From the IMG/VR virus record IMGVR_UViG_3300017719_000004, positions 1 through 64,000 of that record: a DNA stretch of 64,000 nucleotides; one strand, given 5' to 3'. The position numbers were made by a program, and so were the translations under genes. The notes below the pieces were generated by a model, which made no database searches, was not told where the DNA came from, and saw only the letters and a list, made by a program, of their open reading frames with translations. Shown here piece after piece: positions 36,375-46,002 of the stretch (positions are counted from its first letter, which is position 1; each line of letters begins with the position of its first letter). Source of the DNA: a virus. Its lineage: Duplodnaviria > Caudoviricetes.

Positions 36375-38741
36375 TCAAACTCGACCAATAACTTCTTCAA
36401 AACTGACTCCGGTGCGGGTAGCAACGAATGTCAGACCGATGAAGTTAATCGACCTAGCAGGTTTGATAAAGATGTCAGCAACAAATTCGTTGTTGTCAAT
36501 TACCGCAGCAGTGTTATTTGTCTCATCGCAAATTACTACGAAATCGGTAACACCTCTCTTAGATTGTACATCGCGAAGGAAAGGTTCAACAATATTCAAG
36601 AAGTTGAGTCTCGTAATCTCATCGTTGAACTCAAAGAGTTGATCTCTTGCAGCGGCTGAGATTGCTTTCTCTAAGTAAATAAACAGACGACGGACATTGA
36701 TTCTGTCGAATGCTGAGGATTTACCAAGAGCTGTCTTATCACCGAAGAGGACAATACCAGCACCGGGCGAGAAGATTACAGGGTTAACTCTTGCGGAGTA
36801 TAACTTATCTCTTTCAGCTTGTGAGGGGGTGTACGCTAATTTTACAGCGTTGAGGATTGCGCCTCTTGTAGTTCCACCCGGCGAGAACCAGGGGAAGTTA
36901 TTGATATCATTCCTAGCACAAAGGCCAGCAATATCACCATTAAGGGGTACATAACGGAACGCTTTACTAAAGCGATCATACATGTACTTATAACCACTAT
37001 CAAGAATAGCGTAAGAAGATGAGGATACTGAAGAGTAGAATGCAGTTACAGCGGAAGTAACAGTATCGGAACTTAGCGTTAGGTCTTCTCCATCTCCAGA
37101 TGTAGCAAGGAATGCTTGTCTATGGGGAGAGATGCATGCAACACAATCTTTTCTAAGTTCTGCGACTGCAATTAGTTTATTTGCAAGAGCTTGTGATGCC
37201 TCTCTACCGTGAGCAGCAGATCCCATCATCAGGAAATCTAACTCGTATGCATCTTTATTTGCAAGAAGATCATAACCACTAGAAAGGTCTCCTACGCTTA
37301 CGCTAAGAGCACCTGTACTATTGATTCCAGATTTGCCGCCGTAGTTAAGACCATTAGCAAATGATGCTTGATAGTTTCCGATGGAAGCGAAAGAAACATT
37401 CTCAGTGTCTTGATCCCATGCAACATCAGTCTTAGGATCAAAGTCTGCATCCAGGTCTGTTGTTACAATACCTGCAGGAGCTCCACCACCAAATGCATAC
37501 TGACTAGCAACTTCAAGAAGTTTTCTCCAGTAAGAAGAAGAACCAGCAGAGTATACGGAATCTTTTGCTTTAGATGCTGAGATATACTTCTCAAGAAGTG
37601 TACCAGCGTTACCGGTAATTTTACCAGCATCGTCAATTAGGGCAACATGAACTTCATCGTTCTTGGCGTTTCTAGCTGCAGCGAATGAAGAAGTACCGGG
37701 TCTATCTGCAAGGGAGTTCCAAGCAATTGTAGATCCGTTGCTAAGAGTGATGGTTTGACTATCGAACCAATCGGTAGCACCAGTGTAATCAATGTCTCCG
37801 TCATATGCTGCAGCTGCAGTCCAACGAGCATCTCCACTAGTAATACCTGCACCAGTCAGAGCTGTGAAGAAATCACTGGATGCGAAACTAGAACCGTAAG
37901 CAACTGTTCCTGATACCCAACCATTTTTAGAAGCACCTACACTGGACTGAACATGCAGTGAGAATGAACCAGTGTTCTGGAATTCGTAAACTCCACCAGG
38001 AGTATACTCAACAGAAGTTTCTGTTCCAGCAGAACTGACATGTGATACAAGCTTGACTGAAACTTGACCCGAACCAACTTCTGTGATTACACCCTTAAGG
38101 TATCCATCAAGCAGTGAGGTAGCGCCAACACCAGCAACAACTGTTCCAGCAGGTACTGCCTGAGTGACACCCAGACCTACAGTCAGATCAATATCTGAAA
38201 TACCGTTTTCGTATCCGGCAACAGCAGCAAGACCGCCATTAGCAGTAGAAGAAAATCCAAGAACAGCACTAGTGTCAACACCAGTGATGACTTGATCTGC
38301 AAGACCGTCTAGAACGGCAACCTTAATTCCATTTGCCCAGGAACCAGGGTTTCTAGCAGCAAGAACAACATTACTAATGTTGTTTTCAGAATATCCTTTA
38401 TTGATATAATCGTCTACGCTTTTAATCGTGACGCTGCTAGCAGTACCAACAAAGGAGTTCTTGAGCTCTGTATCGTTAGATCTAACAACGCGAAGTACGC
38501 CGCCATATGCTAGGTACGATGAAGCTGTCAACCAATATTCGTAGTGGTTGCTGTCTTTGTATGGTGAACCGAAGGTCTCTAGAAGATCCGCCTCGGTTTC
38601 GATAAGTGTGGGTTTCTCGACTGGTCCTTTTGCAAAGGGAGCTACGATACCTGCAGCTAGAGTAGAAGTGGGGTCTACTCTACCTTGGGTTAGGTCAACT
38701 TCCTTTACGACAATTCCAGGAGATGCTAGGTTGAGCGGCAT
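36375..38741 (-). CDS. 18: Tail sheath protein (T4 gp18)
   Basis: SPGIVVKEVDLT, DSGYKYMYDRF, PLNGDIAGLC, FDRINVRRLF, IKPARSINFI; CTAAATA at 38778-38784. Confidence 0.97.
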   Translation of the reverse strand: MPLNLASPGIVVKEVDLTQGRVDPTSTLAAGIVAPFAKGPVEKPTLIETEADLLETFGSPYKDSNHYEYWLTASSYLAYGGVLRVVRSNDTELKNSFVGTASSVTIKSVDDYINKGYSENNISNVVLAARNPGSWANGIKVAVLDGLADQVITGVDTSAVLGFSSTANGGLAAVAGYENGISDIDLTVGLGVTQAVPAGTVVAGVGATSLLDGYLKGVITEVGSGQVSVKLVSHVSSAGTETSVEYTPGGVYEFQNTGSFSLHVQSSVGASKNGWVSGTVAYGSSFASSDFFTALTGAGITSGDARWTAAAAYDGDIDYTGATDWFDSQTITLSNGSTIAWNSLADRPGTSSFAAARNAKNDEVHVALIDDAGKITGNAGTLLEKYISASKAKDSVYSAGSSSYWRKLLEVASQYAFGGGAPAGIVTTDLDADFDPKTDVAWDQDTENVSFASIGNYQASFANGLNYGGKSGINSTGALSVSVGDLSSGYDLLANKDAYELDFLMMGSAAHGREASQALANKLIAVAELRKDCVACISPHRQAFLATSGDGEDLTLSSDTVTSAVTAFYSSVSSSSYAILDSGYKYMYDRFSKAFRYVPLNGDIAGLCARNDINNFPWFSPGGTTRGAILNAVKLAYTPSQAERDKLYSARVNPVIFSPGAGIVLFGDKTALGKSSAFDRINVRRLFIYLEKAISAAARDQLFEFNDEITRLNFLNIVEPFLRDVQSKRGVTDFVVICDETNNTAAVIDNNEFVADIFIKPARSINFIGLTFVATRTGVSFEEVIGRV

Positions 38742-38823
38742 CTTTAACTCCCAATAGAATCCAATTTTGTCTACTAATATTTAGAGTTTAGACCTTTTTG
38801 AGTGGGGAAACCATACATGAACA

Positions 38824-39054
38824 CTACCAATCTGGATAGCACCAATACAATAATCTATCTTTTTGTTTCCTTGTCATAACTACTCTTTCTTTAGTGCATG
38901 ACTTGCATTCATATGAATATGCTGATGGAGAATCACCTCTATCTTTATGAGTTCTATAAAAATCATTCATCAAATCTTTCATCTTATTGCAAGTCCTACA
39001 TTTCCTTTCAGAAAGATATAGATGACCTAACTCAAATTCATCATCTAGTTCCAT
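38824..39054 (-). CDS. Small Zn-finger-like protein (CxxC...CxxC)
   Basis: ERKCRTC...FY...YSYECKSC; start at 39054 overlaps the gp17 stop. Confidence 0.7.
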   Translation of the reverse strand: MELDDEFELGHLYLSERKCRTCNKMKDLMNDFYRTHKDRGDSPSAYSYECKSCTKERVVMTRKQKDRLLYWCYPDW

Positions 39055-40718
39055 CAATTGTAATCCCACATATAAGACATGTCACCATATGTTGATGACA
39101 TCTCCTTATCTACAGTCCACCTATCTCCACCTTCAACAAATGACTCATCATCTAATCCATCACTGATAAATCCAAAAGGTGCCATATCTTGTTCGATCTG
39201 ATCTTTCTGATCTTCATAGATTCTCTTGCGGACATCATTGTCCGTCATCTCTCTGAAGTAATCTTGAGCCACTAACCATGCAAAAATAACCAAACACATT
39301 GCAAGGTCATCGTGACATCCATCTTCCGCTTCCCACGATTGTTTTTTCTGAATAAATGTTGTCAATTCTGCAATGATATCATAATCACTGGTTACTAGCT
39401 TATCTTCTTCTATTAATGCCTTTAGATTTGAACAACCAGTCTTCTTTACAGCAGCAGTCATTCGGACACCCAGTTGGGTTTTCTTACCACTGAAACCTGT
39501 ACCTACTTGTTGACCTGCTCTACCTCTCATAGAGCACATCAGCATATTCTCATATTCTAGATCGTATTGTAAAATTGATGAAACCTGTTCTCCAATATCA
39601 TTAACCTCAACCAATACATAAGCATTGTTATAAGCTTTCGCCATATCCAAAATAATATTTGGGAATAGCATGGGCTTAATTTCATTATTCTTATATCTTG
39701 CTACAGTTTTATATGGGAACTCTGAAATATCAAAAATTACAAATGCCGAATAGTCATGATCAATGCCACGCGCAGTGTCAACAGTTACGATATAATCACG
39801 ATCCTTCTGTGGTTTTTCATATACCACGAGTCCCTTTCCATTATTCTGTATTGGATCGTCAAAAACAAGGTTTCTTAATTTAGCAACACTAATCAAAGTG
39901 TCAACAGATCCAAGGAATTCACACTCAAACTCAACTTTGAACTGCTGATCTGAGGTGTTGGCAATGGTCTGTGCTTTCCATTTAGCATCCCTACCAGGGA
40001 CTTCAGACCAGTGAACTTCTGTAGCCGTATATTCGTTCTTCCCTCTCTGTGCATCGTGCCAGTATCTGTAAAAATGGTTCATGCCGTGAGGCGTTGAAAC
40101 CATGATTACCTTTGTGCTTTTACCAGAAGTAATAGTAGGATAAACAGAGGCAAAGAACGACTCTGCAATATGATTTGGAACGAACGCAAACTCATCGAGG
40201 AAGATGATATTAAACGACATACCTCGGACAGCACTTGCAGATGTAGATGCTGCCAATATCTTACTGCCATTTTCTAGCTCCATGCTGCCTTTATTCCAGG
40301 ATAGAATACCCTGTTGCATCCACTTTGGCAAGTTCTCGTATGCAGTTTGTAACCTACTTAAAAGCTCTCTTGCTGTTGCTGCTTTGTTGGCAAGTATACC
40401 GACATTGACACTATCGTTAAAAACAATGAAATGTAAAAGATAAGATACGCAAGTTGTAGACTTACCAGTCTGTCTTGGCATCTTACAGATATTAAATCGT
40501 TTCTCATGGAAGTTGCGGATTAATTTTTCTTGAAATCCCCACATCTTAAAAGGTACAAGACCTTCATCCAGAGAAACAATTTTTACATAGTTCTTTGCAA
40601 AATATACTGGGTCATCTTTACATTTTAAATATTCTTTGACATCTTCTTTGGAAAATTCTACAGAAGTATTTGCTTTTTTTAGGTTAGGATTACCTAAGTA
40701 AATTTCATTTGAAGACAT
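39054..40718 (-). CDS. 17: Terminase large subunit (T4 gp17)
   Basis: PRQTGKST, FLDEFAF, STPHGMNHFY, FECEFLGS, HDDLAM. Confidence 0.98.
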   Translation of the reverse strand: MSSNEIYLGNPNLKKANTSVEFSKEDVKEYLKCKDDPVYFAKNYVKIVSLDEGLVPFKMWGFQEKLIRNFHEKRFNICKMPRQTGKSTTCVSYLLHFIVFNDSVNVGILANKAATARELLSRLQTAYENLPKWMQQGILSWNKGSMELENGSKILAASTSASAVRGMSFNIIFLDEFAFVPNHIAESFFASVYPTITSGKSTKVIMVSTPHGMNHFYRYWHDAQRGKNEYTATEVHWSEVPGRDAKWKAQTIANTSDQQFKVEFECEFLGSVDTLISVAKLRNLVFDDPIQNNGKGLVVYEKPQKDRDYIVTVDTARGIDHDYSAFVIFDISEFPYKTVARYKNNEIKPMLFPNIILDMAKAYNNAYVLVEVNDIGEQVSSILQYDLEYENMLMCSMRGRAGQQVGTGFSGKKTQLGVRMTAAVKKTGCSNLKALIEEDKLVTSDYDIIAELTTFIQKKQSWEAEDGCHDDLAMCLVIFAWLVAQDYFREMTDNDVRKRIYEDQKDQIEQDMAPFGFISDGLDDESFVEGGDRWTVDKEMSSTYGDMSYMWDYN

Positions 40719-40801
40719 TATTTTCTATAAGGTAGTGGCCAAGTAATATGCATTGCAAAGCATAGCAATGAGACAAAAGAAAATACAAATATTACACTCA
40801 T
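40718..40801 (-). CDS. Tiny membrane peptide, 27 aa
   Basis: MSVIFVFSFVSLLCFAMHITWPLPYRK; start and stop overlap neighbours. Confidence 0.45.
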   Translation of the reverse strand: MSVIFVFSFVSLLCFAMHITWPLPYRK

Positions 40802-40950
40802 GATCTTAATTTTATATCGCAGGTTAGTTCGCAGTTTTCGCCTTGAAACTCAGAGTCTGGGATAAAGGGAGCAGATCCACAGACAGCACTTCTACACCAC
40901 CGTGTTATGTCACTTTCATATTTCTTTTCAGTATTATTTTGCTCACCCAT
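40798..40950 (-). CDS. Small Cys-containing protein, 50 aa
   Basis: MGEQNNTEKKYESDITRWCRSAVCGSAPFIPDSEFQGENCELTCDIKLRS; coupled to both neighbours. Confidence 0.55.
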   Translation of the reverse strand: MGEQNNTEKKYESDITRWCRSAVCGSAPFIPDSEFQGENCELTCDIKLRS

Positions 40951-41083
40951 TCGATTCTCTTTCATCAACTCCTAGTATATAGTAGATACAATAGAATGCC
41001 CCTGCGAGAGCAAGTGCTACCATAAAGATCACTGACCATACAGGATCGTTTACATTAGTATGTGGTTGTAATAGTAAATTCAT
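40943..41083 (-). CDS. Small single-TM protein, 46 aa
   Basis: MNLLLQPHTNVNDPVWSVIFMVALALAGAFYCIYYILGVDERESNG; ATGA overlap with the upstream gene. Confidence 0.6.
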   Translation of the reverse strand: MNLLLQPHTNVNDPVWSVIFMVALALAGAFYCIYYILGVDERESNG

Positions 41084-43119
41084 GATTTTAACCACCTAAG
41101 TCTAGAAGTATCTTTCCGTTTTTCTTTCATTAGAAATCTATTAAAAGACTTCCCACCATGCTCCTTAATTTTAACACGCTTATTCTTATGATCACCACCA
41201 AATAATTTACCATAGGTAATCACTGGTTTAGGATCTTTAAATGTTTTGGGGTCAGACAGTTCAAGATTTCTCTTCAAAAGTTTTTTAACTCTTGAAGTCT
41301 GCTCTACATTTTCTGGGAATTGATTATCAACATACGCATCATGATAAACATTAGTAGCTCGATTTTTTATTTCTTGCTCTTTATATTTCTTTTGATCTGG
41401 GGGTAGTGCTGCAATTTCTAAAGCAGAAGTAACCTCAAATAACAATACTCTTTTGATTGGTTTGGGAAGTGCTTCTAAAACTTTAGATATAGATTCCATA
41501 TTATTTTGATTCGTGGGTTTTTTATTTTTACTTTTCCACTTTTCAATCAGAGTAGATTCTTTGACATTGAAGTTTGATCCCATCTTTTTTGCACCACCTT
41601 TGATAACTGTCTCAAAGTGAACTACCGGAGCTTTTCTTCCTGGGAGACTGGCGGTTTGACCACCTGATGCTACCCCAGACGCAAGAGCTCCAACAGGACC
41701 TAACTGATCGAAAATTGTTTGTACCTCTTTACTCCATTCTGATCCATTACCACCTAGAGCATTTACAAGCATTTCAGTTGCACCAGCAACTTGTTTAACT
41801 ATTGGTTTATTGGCAATGTCTGCACTATCTCCAAATCCATAGGTATCTTGAAGTACGATATCATCTCCACGAATTACAGCACTTTGAATATTATTATGGG
41901 TTCCTTTTAAACCAAGATTACTACTGCTTGATGTAGACTTATTAATGTAGTCTTTTAAGCTCCCATCAACTGTGGGATTGTAATTGTTTACAGCATCTTG
42001 AAGTGCATTCATAGAACTAGGTGATAACTTAGTTTGAATTGGATTAGATGCAGAACCAGAAGCTCCATCCGCTATAGTTGCACGAACCTCACCGGATTTA
42101 GCTGGTATAATATTTCCTTCTGCTGCATTTTTCTGCAATACCTCTTGGGTCTGACCAAGCAATCCAATCCCATCAATAATTCCACTCACTGCATCTGCAA
42201 TAGGTCCAGAAACATCTGATATACCTGAGGATTCTAAAGCATCTCCAATTGCATTTTCCATATCACTAAGAGTATTTACAATATTCATACCAATATCACC
42301 AACTGCGGATTTTAGAGACTCAAACATCCCCTTAATTGCCCCAGGATAATAACTTGGATCGCCAATACCATCCCGACTTATAACCGAAGCGACTCTTTTT
42401 GATTGCGATCTTACACCTACATCAGTCATTACTGGATGTCCTTTGGGAATCCCACTCCCATCAACTGGAATCAATAATGAATACGCATATAAAACTCTTG
42501 ATGCATGGGGTGCAACATTACTTGTACCAGGTGGGTAATATGCGGCACCACCTCTGCACTGACCAAGCAAACAATCTATACCCGACCACATGTAAATTGT
42601 TTTTTGTGTAAAATTTCCTTCTGAGTAAGCTTGAGCAAATTTTCTAGCAAACTCATTATAACTTACACCAAAAACATTACTCAATTGATATACATGGTTA
42701 TACCCATTCTCATTAATATACCCAAGAGAAGTTCCAGTCAATGCCATACTACCAGAAAATGCCATAGCATATGGTGTTCCATTATAGTTACTGCCATCAC
42801 TGGTTTCAATTTGAGGCATTTCTAATCTAGGTTGGGTAACCCCATTAATATCTGTAGTCTGCAATTGACTAAGATTTGGAAGAACACCCGGAGTACCATC
42901 TCCTTGAGCTGCACTATCCCATACAAAAGAACTTAGGTCAGAAAAATCACCAAGAGGTGCTGGCTCAAATGTTGGTCCAACCTCAAGCACTTCGGGGGAT
43001 GTATCCACTACAGAATACATACCGCCTGTTACCATCTTCTCTTTAAGAAAAGCAATCTTCTCATCAATTTTAACAAGTGGTTTTGTGTATCGTATTGCTT
43101 TTTGATATCTATTCATCAC
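41080..43119 (-). CDS. Hypothetical 679-aa late protein
   Basis: Long ORF; late promoter CTAAATA at 43138-43144; Gly/Ser-rich core and very basic C-terminus. Confidence 0.75.
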   Translation of the reverse strand: MMNRYQKAIRYTKPLVKIDEKIAFLKEKMVTGGMYSVVDTSPEVLEVGPTFEPAPLGDFSDLSSFVWDSAAQGDGTPGVLPNLSQLQTTDINGVTQPRLEMPQIETSDGSNYNGTPYAMAFSGSMALTGTSLGYINENGYNHVYQLSNVFGVSYNEFARKFAQAYSEGNFTQKTIYMWSGIDCLLGQCRGGAAYYPPGTSNVAPHASRVLYAYSLLIPVDGSGIPKGHPVMTDVGVRSQSKRVASVISRDGIGDPSYYPGAIKGMFESLKSAVGDIGMNIVNTLSDMENAIGDALESSGISDVSGPIADAVSGIIDGIGLLGQTQEVLQKNAAEGNIIPAKSGEVRATIADGASGSASNPIQTKLSPSSMNALQDAVNNYNPTVDGSLKDYINKSTSSSSNLGLKGTHNNIQSAVIRGDDIVLQDTYGFGDSADIANKPIVKQVAGATEMLVNALGGNGSEWSKEVQTIFDQLGPVGALASGVASGGQTASLPGRKAPVVHFETVIKGGAKKMGSNFNVKESTLIEKWKSKNKKPTNQNNMESISKVLEALPKPIKRVLLFEVTSALEIAALPPDQKKYKEQEIKNRATNVYHDAYVDNQFPENVEQTSRVKKLLKRNLELSDPKTFKDPKPVITYGKLFGGDHKNKRVKIKEHGGKSFNRFLMKEKRKDTSRLRWLKS

Positions 43120-43136
43120 AACAAGTGACTTTATAA

Positions 43137-43316
43137 TTATTTAGATACCCTTCTAGGTTTATTAAATGGTTCCCAGTGCTGCCATCCATATCTATGTACT
43201 AAATCCATCCCTACAATAGGTACAATAATTAGTAAAAGACTTAATGCTCCAATTCCAAAAGGATTGTTAAGTGTGGCAGCAGCAAAATGTGCTGCCTTGA
43301 GTGCTGCACTGGTCAT
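43137..43316 (-). CDS. Small membrane protein, 59 aa
   Basis: MTSAALKAAHFAAATLNNPFGIGALSLLLIIVPIVGMDLVHRYGWQHWEPFNKPRRVSK; GGAGG SD and ATGA overlap. Confidence 0.65.
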   Translation of the reverse strand: MTSAALKAAHFAAATLNNPFGIGALSLLLIIVPIVGMDLVHRYGWQHWEPFNKPRRVSK

Positions 43317-43522
43317 ACATACCCTCCCCAGGTTTTCCAGAAGTCTAAAAAGTAAAAGTTAATCTCACTTATAGTTCCATTAGGTGCTTCTTCATTCTCA
43401 GTCTCAGACCACTTTTTACAGAATCTAGAAATATCATCTGAAGCCATTACATGATTTACGCCAAACATTCTAGAGAATGCACTCATAGCAAAATCATAAC
43501 GCAGTTTAATGTGCCGTTCCAT
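43313..43522 (-). CDS. Hypothetical protein (~69 aa, MERHIKLRYDFAMSAF...)
   Basis: C-terminal part of track ORF 43313..43639; the upstream part overlaps ndhP in another frame. Confidence 0.6.
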   Translation of the reverse strand: MERHIKLRYDFAMSAFSRMFGVNHVMASDDISRFCKKWSETENEEAPNGTISEINFYFLDFWKTWGGYV

Positions 43523-43643
43523 TTCCATCATAATCATCGCTTTCATAATAAAAATTTTCTCCCCGATACAATGCGAAGAATACTGTCGATAATACAAATG
43601 GGATTGAAATCCACAGTAATATGTGTCCGAATAATCCACTCAT
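43506..43643 (-). CDS. ndhP: NdhP-like subunit of cyanobacterial NDH-1L, 45 aa
   Basis: MSGLFGHILLWISIPFVLSTVFFALYRGENFYYESDDYDGNGTAH: one TM helix plus the C-terminal Y-x-(S/T)-D-x-Y-x-GNG(T/S)AH signature of NdhP. Confidence 0.8.
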   Translation of the reverse strand: MSGLFGHILLWISIPFVLSTVFFALYRGENFYYESDDYDGNGTAH

Positions 43644-43831
43644 AGCTTTAATTCTAACCAAGGTAATAGTGGTGGTATTATGCCTATAAGTCTAAGGAGA
43701 CCCTCAGCAAATAAAGCGAGAACAACCCAACCAACACACATAGAAATAATTGAAGCATTACGGTTGTGTCTACGAATTGCGTCATCGATCATCCCCTGAC
43801 ATTGTTCTTTTGTTATGTAACTTTTGGACAT
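43640..43831 (-). CDS. Small membrane protein, 63 aa
   Basis: DDAIRRHNRNASIISMCVGWVVLALFAEGLLRLIG, one TM segment. Confidence 0.7.
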   Translation of the reverse strand: MSKSYITKEQCQGMIDDAIRRHNRNASIISMCVGWVVLALFAEGLLRLIGIIPPLLPWLELKL

Positions 43832-44155
43832 TTACTCCACATGAATTACGCCTGTCATGCCTGCACCTTGGTGAGGACCACAGAAGAAATTATAGTCACC
43901 TTTATCGGCAAATACAACATCTTGTGATTCGCCAGGAGCAAACAGTAGTGCTTCTCTTGAAAGATCCGCACGACCTTCGACAATAATGTTATGAGGAGGT
44001 AGAGCCTCATTAACAAAATGAACTGTGTCACCTGCAGAGATTGTGATCTCATTCGGTTCAAATACTAAGTTTCCACCAGCACCCATAGAGACATCAACTG
44101 CCCATGCAGGAATAGCAAAAAAGAATGTAACTAGAAAGAAACAAATAGCTCTCAT
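43832..44155 (-). CDS. petE: Plastocyanin
   Basis: Signal peptide ending PAWA; Cu ligands PHN and C-GPH-QGAGM; LVFEP. Confidence 0.95.
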   Translation of the reverse strand: MRAICFFLVTFFFAIPAWAVDVSMGAGGNLVFEPNEITISAGDTVHFVNEALPPHNIIVEGRADLSREALLFAPGESQDVVFADKGDYNFFCGPHQGAGMTGVIHVE

Positions 44156-44226
44156 TGAGTATTATGCAACTGTACTATCTAGCACATTCTTAGTAGTTTA
44201 TTCCTAAAATTATTAGGGTTTCAGAA

Positions 44227-44526
44227 CTAAAAACCCATCTCCTCTCCGAAGTCTCTCATCTTCTCCATAGACTCTCTTTTCTCTTTAATTGCACCAGCAA
44301 TAAATCCCGCTCTATATTCCCAAGTAGTTCCACCTTCTATTCCTTTCGATGGATTGATACAAGTGCCATCACCTAGTTTATTGCAAACAAGACCAGCAAG
44401 ATCTAATTCACTGCCTTCGTTAGCAGTTCCTCTCCAGATATGATTTCCATTGATCCAAGTAGCACCACATTTAGGACATTCTTTTCTCTCAAGTTTTAGA
44501 TTTGACAGCTCCTTATTATCAGACAT
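44227..44526 (-). CDS. Hypothetical Cys-containing protein, 99 aa
   Basis: ECPKCGATWING.H.W...DLAGLVCN...CINP. Confidence 0.75.
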   Translation of the reverse strand: MSDNKELSNLKLERKECPKCGATWINGNHIWRGTANEGSELDLAGLVCNKLGDGTCINPSKGIEGGTTWEYRAGFIAGAIKEKRESMEKMRDFGEEMGF

Positions 44527-44713
44527 TGTTGTCCCTCCGGGTAAAAAATCCCAATTCTTTTTCTAACTTTCTTTTCATAAAATATAGTCTTACTTTTATA
44601 AATGCATATCTGATAGTAAGATCAATATAATGGATTAGCTTCATCGTTTCCTCTATGCCCCCATAGGCAATGAGTAAAACGAAACATGCTACTAGTAGAT
44701 AAAATCCTATCAT
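44519..44713 (-). CDS. Small membrane protein, 64 aa
   Basis: Hydrophobic N-terminus; CTAAATA at 44746-44752. Confidence 0.65.
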   Translation of the reverse strand: MIGFYLLVACFVLLIAYGGIEETMKLIHYIDLTIRYAFIKVRLYFMKRKLEKELGFFTRRDNNV

Positions 44714-44782
44714 AAGAAAGTATCAATACTATACCATTATACGGTTATTTAGAGGCACTTGTCCATACATCAAAAGTTTTTA

Positions 44783-45670
44783 TCAGCATTTCCACTTTCT
44801 TAGTGCTAGAGCTTTACGAGTAGGTTCACCGTTAGGTTTCTTCATTGCACCTTTCATGCCGCCCATACGAGCGCAGAAGGATCTTTTTCTAGGACCACCT
44901 TCAGGTTGAGGTGCTTTGAGATCACTGCCAGGATTCTCACGCTCATAAGACTTACGGCCCTTTTCATTCAGACCACCTTTTTTATTCTTACCTTCACTGC
45001 GTTGCCATGCAGCAGACTTTTCTTCAATATTCTCACCTTCATGCTCGACAGATTGATTGAGCATTTGATTAGTCATCTTATCAATTCTCATCTTTCTATC
45101 ACCAAGCTTGCCAGCAAGTCCTTGATTGCCAGTGGGACCCTTAACTTGTTTCTTAGCAAGTGGGTTTTTAATATCTAGATTTGGGTGACCAATATATCCG
45201 TCTCCAGGTTTTCCACCAACAAATTCATTAACAAGACCCTCTTCTACTTTCTGAGAGACATTCTTAATAGCAAATGCATCCCAATAATCAGGACCATAAG
45301 CACACTCTTCTCTAACTTCCATCTTCTCACACTTAGGACAGAATCTCATATCTGTCTCCTCAATCAACTCACCTTCCGGTTGATATCCAGCCATTTGTGT
45401 GGATGGTTTCTTTTGAGCTAAAGGAAGTTGTGGTCCAGATTTCTTTAAGAACGCATCCCTTTCATTGGGATTAGTTGTACTCTTTCCTTTATTATAAATC
45501 TTACTACCTTTCATAGCACCTTTGTGCCCTGGTCCGATAGTAAAACTTCCCTCTGTAATTTTTACAGAAGAATCGTCAACTTTAGGAGATTCAAAATCCC
45601 CTGTAGTTGACGGTTTCTTTTTCTTTGCTTCTGTTAGAAAGTTAGAAATATCGGAATATGACAGTGACAT
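44783..45670 (-). CDS. Basic late protein with C-terminal DUF6321-like domain (candidate internal head protein)
   Basis: AWQRSEGKNKKGGLNEKGRKSY...RKRSFCARM...ALRKWKC; CTAAATA at 45699-45705. Confidence 0.7.
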   Translation of the reverse strand: MSLSYSDISNFLTEAKKKKPSTTGDFESPKVDDSSVKITEGSFTIGPGHKGAMKGSKIYNKGKSTTNPNERDAFLKKSGPQLPLAQKKPSTQMAGYQPEGELIEETDMRFCPKCEKMEVREECAYGPDYWDAFAIKNVSQKVEEGLVNEFVGGKPGDGYIGHPNLDIKNPLAKKQVKGPTGNQGLAGKLGDRKMRIDKMTNQMLNQSVEHEGENIEEKSAAWQRSEGKNKKGGLNEKGRKSYERENPGSDLKAPQPEGGPRKRSFCARMGGMKGAMKKPNGEPTRKALALRKWKC

Positions 45671-45697
45671 GCCTAAAACTATAGAACCATGATTCTA

Positions 45698-45982
45698 TTA
45701 TTTAGGTTTATCCTCTGTCTTATCCAATGTAGGTGCTTGTTTTGATTCTTCCTTCTTCTTAGAAGGCATGACACCGAAAGTCGCTAGCGTTCCTGTGAAG
45801 ACGCTGGCGATAAAAGTCGGATCGATATTTTTCTGAGGAACACCAGGAACAGTTACATAATTAAGAGTCAGAATTGCTGCTGACCATCCAAGAATAATAA
45901 CTCGGACGAGAGTTGATACACCCTCATCCGCCCACTCAAATTTGTTTTCCTTTTTGGCTTCCTCTTTCTTTGGGGTTTCCAT
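45698..45982 (-). CDS. Two-TM membrane protein, 94 aa
   Basis: LVRVIILGWSAAILTLNY and IDPTFIASVFTGTLATFGV; ATAAATA at 46004-46010. Confidence 0.7.
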   Translation of the reverse strand: METPKKEEAKKENKFEWADEGVSTLVRVIILGWSAAILTLNYVTVPGVPQKNIDPTFIASVFTGTLATFGVMPSKKKEESKQAPTLDKTEDKPK

Positions 45983-46002
45983 AAGTAAAGAGTTAGGCTC
46001 TT

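Noticed and set aside
43523-43639. N-terminal part of track ORF 43313..43639
   Set aside because: It overlaps the ndhP-like ORF in another frame; the true start is more likely at 43522 or 43528.
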